The translations under genes and the position numbers were made by a program. The notes under the pieces are model-generated. The model saw only the letters and a list, made by a program, of their open reading frames with translations. It ran no database searches and had not been told where the DNA came from. Of a stretch of 64,000 bases of DNA, positions 1 through 11,320 are shown in pieces (within the stretch, counting starts at the first letter, position 1; each line of letters starts with the position of its first letter). The stretch is from Syncephalis fuscata S228 (taxonomy: Eukaryota; Fungi; Zoopagomycota). The DNA is taken from contig JAHLTZ010000010.1 in NCBI GenBank assembly GCA_025786725.1, positions 682,001-746,000 of the forward strand, given 5' to 3'.

Positions 1-3000
1 TGTCGTCCGATTCAAAGAAACGTACCACTTGAATATCGCCTTCCACCAATTGAATGCCATCAACTAGCAACTCGTGCGTAGTGAGAATTGCTTAACTTGA
101 TCGGATGGCAAGCTAGGCAATGCATTCTTTACTTTCATGAGGTCCTTTTTGAGCTTTTGACCCAGCACTTTGTAGTCTGCTTGGGCACGATATTTAATAC
201 CATATTTTGCTTCATCGTCGGTGATGGTCAGTGTGCGCACATTCAATTCCTATGTATTTATTTAGCTATTTGCCTATTATAAATGACTATTACATACCTC
301 AAGAATGTATGATTCCAACGAGCGAATGTCTTGATGGTATTCAGCATCCATATGGATCACAATCAATTCGCGCAATGGTGTCTATTTTGTTCAATCAATT
401 ATTAATATTGATGAGCTGTTATACTTTGTAATTAATCAGTTTTCTTACCTTTAAACTAATGTTACGCTTTTCGCGAATAACACGGCCCAATTCAATGACT
501 GTTTGCATACGTGCCACCTGGCGTTCAATGACCTTATCAAAATATTCGGCACGTGCCTCTGGGAAAGGCAAAAAGTGCACACTGCGTACATCTTCCTCTT
601 TGCCACTGGCTGGAATAAAGTCCTTTAACTTCTGGTACATATGCTCGGCAAGGAATGGTGTAAATGGCGACATTAGCTTGACTAGCGTGAATAGAATTTC
701 AAACAGCGTATTCATGGCTGTTACACCATCTTCAACGCCTTGTTCTCCCTTAAGGCGTTTACGATTGAATCGAATATACCAATTGGTCAATGATTCAATC
801 AACTTGAGCAATTCCGGTGTCACTGTGTACAAACGATAAGCGGCCATTTCCTGGCGTACAAAAGTTATTAAACTTTGGCAAGAGGCCAAAATCCAACGAT
901 CCATTACATTGTCCGATCTTGGCTTTTCTGGATTGTATTTGAATTGCACATTATGCTCTTGTTCAAGCCATTGAACCTGGTTAAGGAAGAAACGGAATGA
1001 ATTGTACCATGGTAGCAATACGCGAGAAATAACATCCTTGACGCCATCTTCACGGAAACGCAATGGTTCAGCACGTACAACCGGTGAATTGATCAAATAG
1101 AGACGAAGGGCGTCCGCACCATACTTGTCGATAATCAACTGGGGATCCGGGAAGTTGCGAAGACTTTTACTCATCTTCTTGCCATCACTGGCCAGCACTA
1201 AGCCGTTAACAATGACGTTTTGGAAGGGCGATTTATCAAACAGATGTGTTGATAGTACAAGCAACGTGTAGAACCAGCCTCTTGTCTGGTCTAAACCTTC
1301 AGCAATAAAGTTGGCAGGAAATGTCTGTTCAAATAGCTCCTTGTTTTCGAATGGATAATGCTTCTGGGCGTATGGCATGCTTCCACTCTCAAACCAACAG
1401 TCAAATACTTCGTCAATACGACGCAATTTGCCTTGACCCGTCTTTGATGGAATGGTGACATGGTCAATCTTGTGGCGATGAATATCGGTAAATGGACCTT
1501 CGCCAGACAATTCCTCAAGTTCTTTAATAGAACCAACACAAACAATTTCTTTAAAGTCTTCGCTCACCCATAGCGGAATAGGTGTACCCCAGAATCGACT
1601 ACGCGATACGTTCCAGTCGCGCGCATTTGCTAGCCAGTTAGCAAATCGTTTCTCTTGTACAAACTCTGGTACCCAGCGTGATTCGGCATTGCATTTCAGC
1701 AATTTGTCGGCAATAGTGCTAACGCGAATAAACCAGGATGGCACTGTACGATAAATAAGTGGTGTATTAGAACGCCAGCAGAAAGGATAGCTGTGAACGA
1801 TTTGAGACTGGCGGACCAAACGTCCTTCAGCCTTTAGTCGCTTTTGAATAAGCTTGTCGGCATCCTAAAAGTCACTTATTGTCACAAAAAAGCTTCATGG
1901 TATATATTAATACCTTACCTTTACATAAACGCCAATATAGTCGGTAACAGGTTCGATAAAGCGGCCTGACTCGTCAATTGGACAAGGAATGTGACCATCG
2001 GCAACAATAACATTATTGGCTAGGCACACACGCATATCATCTTCACCAAAGCCGGGTGCGTTGTGTACAATGCCTGTACCACTATCGCTCGTGACATAAG
2101 TGTCTGTAAGTACCTTGAATGCACGGCCTTTGAACTGGAGTTATTATGAGTAACATAATATTAAGTTTTTATTATTACTTACTTCTTCGACAAAGTAGTC
2201 AAACAGTGGTTTATATTCGATACCAGCCAATTCAGCACCCTTCATGCGTGATAAGACTTGGAAGTTGGCCTTGGCTGGATTTTTGTAAAGAATGTCCAAA
2301 CGTGCTTCTAACAAAATGTATTGCTGGCCAGTCTCGCCGTCTAAATGCCAAGTGTGTCAAATAACAAAACTAATAAATGGCCTATTATATCGCTTACCTT
2401 TAATCTTGACATAATCAAATTCTGGATGCACACATAGACCCATATTGCTAGGAAGTGTCCATGGCGTTGTAGTCCAGGCCAAAAAGGCAGTTTCTGGTTC
2501 GCTGATCAACGAAAATGCCACCGTTACTAATCATAATTCAATTATACTTGATGAGTCACAATTACTAGTAAACAACAGATTTGGACTTACCTGCTGGATC
2601 GCTGACATCCTTGTAGTTTTGAGATGCCTCAAAGTTGGCCAACGGTGTGGTACAGCCAGTTGAGAATGGCATTACCTTTATTAATTATAGTATAATTAGC
2701 ATAACAACAATATGGCATGTTTGTGTATTAATTTACCTGGAAGCCACGGTAGACCTGTCCTTTGGTAAACAACTCTTTAAATGCCCACCATTCACTTTCC
2801 ATAAATGATGTATGCAGTGTCTTGTATGCGTTATCAAAATCAATCCAACGACCAGTACGCTCGACTGTCTTTTTCCATTCGCTAGAATAGCGCATTACAA
2901 TAGCACGGCATTCTTCGTTGTATTTTTCAATACCCATAGCCATAACATCTTCTTTTGACTAGATTGGTATTATGCCAATTAATAGATTGTCTTGATTTAA

Positions 3001-3452
3001 TAAATAAACTTACTTTAATACCAAACTGCTTATCAATCTCGTGCTCAACCGGTAATCCATGGCAATCCCAGCCAAATCGGCGTTCAACATGATGGCCAGT
3101 TTGATGCGCATAACGAGTTACGACATCCTATAAACAGTCATCATTAATATGCTGCATAACAACGATATAATAACAATAACAATAACAACAATAGAAGTTA
3201 CCTTAATTGTACCGGCCAATATATGGCCATAATGCGGAAGGCCAGTGGCAAATGGAGGACCATCGTAGAACGTATACGGCTTACGTCCTTCTGAAAGCTT
3301 GACCGAAGTACGGAAAGCATCAATCTCTCTCCAGAACTCGATGGTCTTTTCTTCCTCTTTAGGAAAGTTGAAAAGTGTAGAGCCTATTAAAAGTTAGTAC
3401 TAGTGAACAAGTATAATATTATTCTTTAGTTATAGCTACCTTCTGAGGCCAT
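1..3452 (-). CDS. ILS1: Cytosolic isoleucyl-tRNA synthetase (multi-exon, 3' end runs off the window)
   Basis: Exons encode [14 protein letters not shown] (HIGH region), [33 protein letters not shown] and KMSKS. ATG at 3452. Apparent 1-nt frameshift near 85. Confidence 0.97.
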
Positions 3453-3859
3453 GATTTGTTTATAACAGGGCAGTTAGGGACAATAACTGGCGCGTATAAT
3501 CAAGTAAGCGGAGAAAAAAATAGAGAGAAAGAAGCTCAATATGGAAAATAAATTGATGGAATATATATATGTCATTTTGAGATGACGAGATCTAATAATG
3601 ATTTGGCATGGACTGAATTCGATTAATCAAGATTAAATAAGCTGAAATTATCCTGGGAAAAATAGGCCAGCTTAATTACTGTAAATGTATGTATGGGTGT
3701 GCGTATACGTGTGCGTATTGGCCTATTTGTCTGTCTATTCGCCTGTCTAACTGCCTATTTGTCTACCTGTCTACCTGTTTGTCTGTTTGTCTGTCAACCG
3801 GCCCTACGTGTTACTTGTTCATTGATCGCCCCCCTGCCCTTTATTATTTTCTACTGATC

Positions 3860-6411
3860 ATGTCTCATTGGCGTCGGTTTCTTACCGTATCGAGGAACAA
3901 CCAGTCTTTCTCTACTGGACTAGTCCGTTCAGTACTAGTAAGCAGCCGTGCTATTCGACCACACCATTTAGTCTCTGGCACTAGCGTATTGACACCACGG
4001 GCATATCACGCACACCATGAAGCACAAAGTGCCATTCTACCTGATATGGTTGACCGACAATCGGATATCTTTAAGGTCAGTCTATATCAAGCTGTATAGC
4101 TATATCAACGTATTAATGCAATATATACGTAGGATAACCATTTACGTATGAATCAATTAATTGAGGATTTGGAATTAAAGACCAGTGTACTCCGTCAAGG
4201 TAACATTGAATGATGTCAATTATACGCAATTGTAATAACATACAAACATTGATTATAAGGCGGCGGTGAAGTTGCCCGTCAACGTCATCTTAAGCGTAAC
4301 AAGTTATTACCACGTGATCGGTGAGTGTATAAATCTATAGCATTAATCAATTACTTAATTAAATTTAATAAATTGTATAGTGTCAATCGATTGTTAGATA
4401 ATGGGTAATTAAATAATGGCAATCATAGACATTCACAATTAATCAATAGATAATGTGGTTAGATCGCCATTCTTGGAATTCTCAGCCTTTGCTGGCTATG
4501 AGCTCTATGAGGACAATGTGCCATCAGGAGGTATTATTACGGGTATTGGACGAGTTAATGGGTAATACGATAATAGATAGCCATTAATTAATAAGTATTA
4601 ACACGCTATCAGAGTCGAGTGTATGATTGTAGCCAATGATCCAACGGTTAAAGTTAGTAATAATATTAGTTAGTATAGATAGCTAATAATACATATGATA
4701 TAATAGGGCGGCACCTATTATCCAATTACAGGTAACTATTTATGATTACAGTTATTAGTAAATAAACTAACCACTATTTAGTTAAAAAGCATTTAAGAGC
4801 TCAGGAAATTGCCCGAGAGAATCGCTTACCGTGCATTTACCTAGGTAATCTATACAATATATGCTAATTAATGCAATAGCATTAATATGCAATAATAGTT
4901 GATTCAGGCGGTGCCAATTTACCACGTCAAGCCAATGTATTCCCTGATCGTGAACATTTTGGCCGTATATTCTACAACCAGGTATGGCTACTATTGAATT
5001 GTACCAATTAAATACTAATAGCAATCCATTAGGCCACTATGTCAGCACAAGGTATTCCACAGATTGCCGTCGTTATGGGATCGTGTACAGCCGGTGGTGC
5101 TTATGTACCAGCCATGGCCGATGAATCGATTATTGTAAGCAAGCAAGGTACTATTTTTCTAGGTGGACCACCGTTGGTTCGTGCTGCCACCGGGGAAGTT
5201 GTTAGTGCCGAGGATCTAGGCGGCGCCGATCTTCATTGTAAGTGGCCCATATAATACAATAGACTGTATCAATAACATAACGATAATAAATAGGTCGTAC
5301 ATCAGGTGTTACTGATCATTATGCACTTGATGATGAACACGCATTAGTATTGGCACGCCGTGTTGTATCTACACTTAATTACACGAAACAGCCATCAGTT
5401 ACTATGCAATCGCCGGAGTCACCGCTTTATTCGGCATCAGAGCTCGGTGGTATTGTTGGCGATAACTTGAGAAAGACATTTGATGTTAAACAAGTCATTG
5501 CTCGCGTAGTTGATGGTAGTCGATTCAGTGAATTTAAAGAACTTTATGGCACTACACTAGTAACAGGTAGATGGTATTTGTAGTTATTAATATCCATTAA
5601 TTGTTAACACTTTATTAGGATTTGCACATATTCATGGTTATCCTGTGGGTATTGTGGCTAATAATGGCATTCTATTCTCAGAATCGGCATTAAAAGGCGC
5701 CCATTTCATTCAATTATGCAGTAAGCGTAATATTCCTTTAGTATTCCTGCAGAATATTACTGGCTTCATGGTGGGATCATCGGCCGAAGCAGGTGGCATT
5801 GCCAAGAACGGTGCTAAACTAGTTACCGCTGTGTCTTGTGCGCGTGTTCCTAAATTCACCATGATTATTGGTGGTAGTTTTGGTGCTGGCAACTATGGCA
5901 TGTGCGGTCGTGCTTATAGGTAGGTTAACTAGTTAATTTAATAGCAATAATGCTAACATGTACTCATAGCCCGCGATTCTTATGGATGTGGCCTGTAAGT
6001 GGTTTATGAGTTGTTATTCAATGACAGTATACTAATAACAGTAATGACTATTAATGGCAATAGAATGCACGTATATCAGTTATGGGAGGCGAACAGGCCG
6101 CCAATGTATTGGCTCAAGTAAAACGAGATGCCATGTCCAAACGTGGTGAAGAGGTAGATATTATCGCATAGTATATAGTAATACAGTATTTATAATGAAT
6201 GCTATAGTGGAGTGTGGATGAAGAGACTAGTTTCAAGAAGCCAATTCAAGATCAATATGAAAAAGAAGGCCATCCTTACTTTGCTTCAGCCCGTCTATGG
6301 GATGATGGCATTATTAAGCCACAAGATACAAGAGAAACACTAGGTCTTGCTCTTAGTGCTGCTTTAAATACACCAATAGAATCAACTGATTTCGGTGTAT
6401 TCCGTATGTAG
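3860..6411 (+). CDS. MCCC2: 3-methylcrotonyl-CoA carboxylase beta subunit, mitochondrial
   Basis: Arg/Ser-rich presequence; [50 protein letters not shown]-terminal FGVFRM. Many short exons. Confidence 0.95.
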
Positions 6412-6705
6412 TGACACTACTACTACTACTACTGGCTATTCTATTATCTTTTAATTGATAATAGATTAAATAAAATAATATTAAATTAATTAAAATTTAA
6501 TCATTGAAGATTGATTCTTGGGAAAATTAGCAAAATACATCGTTTTTAAATTTTTAAATTTTCCATTTTTTCCATTTTTATAAAATAAATACATTGTTTT
6601 AAGTGTTACCATAATAAATTGTTCTTTTGAAGCTTAGTATAATAAATAAAATAATTGTTTTTTAATTTTATTTGTTGAAATACACCGTTTTGAAAAATCT
6701 AGCAA

Positions 6706-6981
6706 ATGTCTACCAAACTATATAAAGAAGCTATATTTAACAGTATTGAAGAGCTGAGGGCCGCTGTTGACAAGTTTAAGCTTGTTAGCGATTGCAGTTT
6801 TAAGAGGAAAGATAGTGATTCAACAAGATTACAGCTTATTTGTCCTCATGAAGGCCGTTCCAGCAACAAATTTCAGTTTGTTTTAATTGCCAGAAAGCAA
6901 AAAATTGGCCTAGTAAAAACTGTTCAATGCAATCTTGAACTTTTAATGACTGTCTATATAACTCTGGTAATGATACTATAA
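6706..6981 (+). pseudogene. Truncated MuDR-family transposase N-terminal DNA-binding domain
   Basis: FNSIEELRAAVDKF...FKRKDSDSTRLQLIC matches the MuDR N-terminal pattern (F.s.eelk.av..y...f...ksd..r...C). The ORF ends after 91 aa. Confidence 0.65.
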
Positions 6982-7274
6982 ATATATTATTAAATATATT
7001 ACAAATAATGCAGCTACATTTTCAAATGTAAATCAACAGATATACAAATAAAAGTATCAAAGTATGTACACATTTGATTATTTAATATACACTAACAATT
7101 GTAATGCTTAACAGATGCTATTATTTTTTATTACAAAGCTTGATTTGCTTTTGATTAAATAAAAAACGACATTGTTATAACACCAGTAATAAATGATGTA
7201 ACCTTGAGCAAGTAACCAAAGGAAAAATATATAAATAGTAGCTTAATCAAATATTATTGGATAATAAGAACTAC

Positions 7275-7620
7275 AAAGCTAAAAATGCTTGATAAGAAAA
7301 AAATTAATTATTATAAATGCAACAATTCTAATTTAAAACTTTGTTTATCTACATAATTTAATTAATGTAGCAATATTAACGGCAATGCCAATCGTGTTTT
7401 ATTTTCCAAAATACTTTCAACAACTTACTGGTGCAAATGCAACTAACAAACACAATACAAAAACATGCTCTGTAAGGATTAGGATTAATAATATTGACAC
7501 AGTAGTTAATATTGAAGCAATCGTTTTTATTGAATAGATACAAACTACTAATGAAACAACTATTAAGATAAAGAAAGTGTAATACAAACAAAAATGATTT
7601 AATTAATAAGTATTTTTTAA
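7275..7620 (+). repeat. Diverged direct repeat, copy 1 (copy 2 at ~13094-13400)
   Basis: AAAGCTAAAAATGC(T/C)TGATAAGAAAAA...ATAAATGCAA...AATTTAAAAC and ATACAAAA.ATG / AATGAAACA.CTAT blocks occur colinearly in both copies. Confidence 0.8.
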
Positions 7621-8854
7621 ATTTAAATTTAATCAACAAATAAAATTAAACTGGTTATTTAAAGCGTTCAATATCAATTTAGCAATTAAATAATTCGAAT
7701 TACATGAAAGTATTATTCCTTTGATCAACTCAAATTAGTTAGTTGGTCATCAAGCAAGAGTGAAGATATGCAAAATAAAGCCGCCAACATGGCATTTGTC
7801 ATTGATAAACTAGAATAATCTACTCGTAACATTATTCTTAAATGTCGCAGTAGTTGCTCCAATATTCTAATTTAGAAAAGTTATGGAACATGGTAAAAAA
7901 AGCTTAAGAGGATGTTGTGGTGGATTATTTAAACCACTTGCTTTGTATTAAATCTTATGATATTTTCATTAACTAAATAAAGATAACTTTTCACAATATT
8001 AAGCACACTATTGGTTGTTTAATCTGATTTGGCAGTTAAATAGTTATAATAATCACACATTTAAACCAGCTATTTATTTTATTGAAGATGAAAATGGGTG
8101 TTGAATGTCATTGATCATTAAACTATTTACTTATCATTATTATTGTACTGTACATATCTATCCTGTATACATATATTATATGTCCATCTATATCATTAAT
8201 AATGTAAATTATAAAAACTATATTAAAAAAAGCTAAAAGTTTATTGCTAACTGTATTCTTTCAGTAGTTTTTGATTCATTTCGTTCATGACTCTTGGTTA
8301 ATTGCATACAGTAGTTTCACTATCATTATTCACATATTCGTTCTGTCTACTTATTTTGTATTATAATATTTATGCTTTATTGCCATGTTTTATTAAAAAA
8401 CGCTTTTATTCTAATTTCAGCATAATGTTACTTAGCTATATGATAATGATAGCTTTGCTACTATCCATACCAATCTATACCTATAGCTTAGGCAATATAT
8501 CATACACACTTTGTTATTAATTTAACTATTTGATTAATAATTGTCAATTATTGGATACAAATAGAACATGATTATAGATGTAGCAATTTGATTGTATATA
8601 TCTAAGATGAAACCATAATTTATTACTATAAGCTTACACAGTTGAATAGAAACAACTAGATGCAAACTTGTTAATAAAATAACGATTCCATTGGTTAAAG
8701 ACTGGATAAACCGGAGCATTGGCCAAAACTTGATATATAAATAGACTGGACGGCGTAGTTGTCAAATGGTCTTGATTTTCACCGAATATATACCTAAAGT
8801 GTATTGGAATAATGGCTTGATTGCACTACCAATGCTGATGTCTTGAAACCATGA

Positions 8855-10498
8855 TTATGCTGTATTTACAAATAAAGATATTATATGTCATATAATTAAT
8901 GTATAAGCCATCGATATGCAATACTACTTACACGCTGTTAATATTAAATAATCAATACAGTCAGTAAATAGCGTGGTTAATATATGGTCAGTTAATATAC
9001 AATAGTACTTACGGCCTATTGATATTGAATTATTTATAGGCATAACACATGGTATGTAATTAGTGCATAGTCAGTTAATATATAATACTACTTACATGCT
9101 ATTAATATTAAGATAGTTATAGTTATAATGTATGGTGCATAATTAGTGCATAGTCAGTTAATATATGATACAACTTACGGTCTATTAATATTAAGTTGTT
9201 TATACGCATAATGTATAATACATAATTAGTACATATTAATTTAGTATAATACAACTTACACCCTATTGATATTGAATTATTTATACGCATAATACACGGT
9301 ACATAATTAGTATATATTCATTCAATATATAATACAACTTACAGCCTATTAATATTAGGTTATTTATACGCATAATACATGGTACATAATTAGCCAGTAG
9401 TCAGACAGTATATAATACTACTTACCAGCTATTAATATTAGGTTATTTATACGCATAATACATGATACATAATTAGTGCATAATCAGCCAATATATAATA
9501 CAACTTACTCCCTATTAATGTTGTTATTTATACACATAATACATGGTACATAATTAGTGCAGCCAGTTAATATATAATACAACTTACATACTATTAATAT
9601 TAATATAGTTATAGTCATAATGTATAATAAATAATTAGTGCAGTCAGTTAATATATAATACAACTTACCAGCTATTAATATTAGGTTATTTATACGCATA
9701 ATACATGATACATAATTAGTGCATAATCAGCCAATATATAATACAACTTACTCCCTATTAATGTTGTTATTTATACGCATAATACATGGTACATAATTAG
9801 TGCATAATCAGCCAATATATAGTATAACTTACAACCTATTAATATTAAGTCATTTATACACATAATACGTGGTACATAATTAGTGCGTAGTCAGTTAATA
9901 TATAATACAACTTACATGCTATTAATATTAAGTTGTTTATACACATAATACATGGTACATAATTAGTGCATAGTCAGTCAATATATAATACAACTTACGT
10001 TCTATTAATTTGAATTATTTATACGCATAATACATGATACGCAATTAGTGCATAGTTAGTCAGTATATAATATAACTTACTTGCTATTAATTTGGATTGT
10101 TTATACGCATAATACATGGTACACAATTAGTACATAGTCAATCAATATATAATACAACTTACGTTCTATTAATTTGAATTATTTATACGTATAATACATA
10201 GTACACAATTAGTGCATAGTCAGTCAATATATAATACGACTTACCAGCTATTAATATTAAGTTATTTATACGCATAATACATGGTATATAATTATTGCAT
10301 ATTTATTTAATCTATAATACAACTTACCCCCTATTAATATTAAGTAGAAATACTGTTAGTAAGCATAATAATATGATATATCTATTGTTATTGCAACATA
10401 CCAGCACGACGAACTAAGGCTGGATTAGCGCCCACCATGGCTGTACTGGCCGCAAGAGCCACGACAATGGTGCAAACGACGGCAATGGAAAGCTTCAT
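8855..10498 (-). CDS. Secreted 51-aa prepropeptide encoded by 20 exons, 18 of them 3 nt: MKLSIAVVCTIVVALAASTAMVGANPALVRRAGAEPKPCWTVWTGWYPCPS
   Basis: Exon 1 is 10498-10402 (97 nt, signal peptide + RR, donor GTATGT). 3-nt exons (lowest + coordinate) at 10328, 10245, 10163, 10081, 9999, 9916, 9833, 9752, 9669, 9588, 9509, 9426, 9343, 9260, 9179, 9096, 9013 and 8932, each flanked by (T/C)AG and GTAAGT. Last exon starts CA TAA at 8859-8855. The joined frame is open throughout. Confidence 0.85.
8925..10345 (-). repeat. Tandem array of 79-83-bp units, each one intron plus a 3-nt exon
   Basis: Minus-strand consensus GTAAGTTGTATTATATATTRACTGACTATGCACTAATTATGTACCATGTATTATGCGTATAAATAACYTAATATTAATAG-NNN, with CTAAT branch-like motifs. 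Confidence 0.95.
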
Positions 10499-10629
10499 GG
10501 TGATATTTATTTGTTAAAACAAACAAATAAGAGAGATAATAGAGTGTGGTTGGTATAGAGTAGAGAGTAGTGCGTGTATAGCAAGAAGTAGAGTGTGATG
10601 ATGATATCGCAGTTGGTTGTGTATATTTT

Positions 10630-10646
10630 GTGGGCTATTTAAGCCT
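10630..10646 (-). promoter_or_regulatory. Possible TATA-like element of the micro-exon peptide gene
   Basis: TTAAATA about 140 nt upstream of the ATG, followed by a CT-rich leader and ATCACCATG start context. Confidence 0.3.
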
Positions 10647-10789
10647 ATGGCTATGGTGAGATTTCAGTGTACTGTAGTATACGAGATATATCATTGATAT
10701 ATAATATGAACCAATAAAGCAAACCCAAAAATGGTTTAAGGTGTATGTGTATATTAATAGATTGGGAGTGTGATAGTATGCTTCTTAGC

Positions 10790-11320
10790 TTTGACTTCAA
10801 CCTGCCCAGTCTTGATTTCAACCTGTTTGGCCTTGATTTCAACCTACCTGGTTTTTACTTCAATCTTCTCGGCATTTACACAAATGATACGGCAATTCCA
10901 ATGAGCAGTGCATATACGATAGAGATATGTACACCGTTCTGTGTTTTTTGTTTCACGGTCTAACTATTTGATAAAAACAAGTATATTGTTTGGTTTTGTG
11001 AAAACGATAATGGTGTTTTTCCTGTTACTTCCACCGAATGACTCGGGTCCCAACATCTGCATGCATACAAAATAACACATAACTTGCCCGGTCTTTATTT
11101 TAATCTGTTAGTCGTTTGCACGATTACTGTGATGCTGTTTATAATTTAGTGCATATACGATAAAAATAGATATTAGCCTGTATTTTTGTTGCACAATCTA
11201 ACTATTTGGTAAAAACAAGTATATTGTTTGGCTTTGTAAAACGATAACGATGTACTTGCCGCCATTTCTGTCGATTCAGTCCTCAATATCTGTTGCATAC
11301 AGAATAGCACACAAAACTGA
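10790..11320 (+). repeat. Four 21-bp tandem repeats followed by a diverged ~240-bp tandem duplication
   Basis: TTGA(C/T)TTCAACCT units at 10791-10870. GTGCATATACGATA...CTAACTATTTG.TAAAAACAAGTATATTGTTTGG.TTTGT occurs at ~10908 and ~11149. Confidence 0.8.

Noticed and set aside
3689-3859. N-terminal extension of MCCC2 in the ORF track
   Set aside because: It derives from (CTGT/CTAT)n microsatellite-like leader sequence; the presequence starts at ATG 3860.
9505-9699. 64-aa ORF inside the array
   Set aside because: It is translation of intron repeat sequence and has no protein-like features.
8925-10345. CRISPR array or plain satellite
   Set aside because: Eukaryotic context, no cas genes, and spacers are only 3 nt. 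Repeats begin GT and end AG and join to a signal-peptide exon in an open frame.
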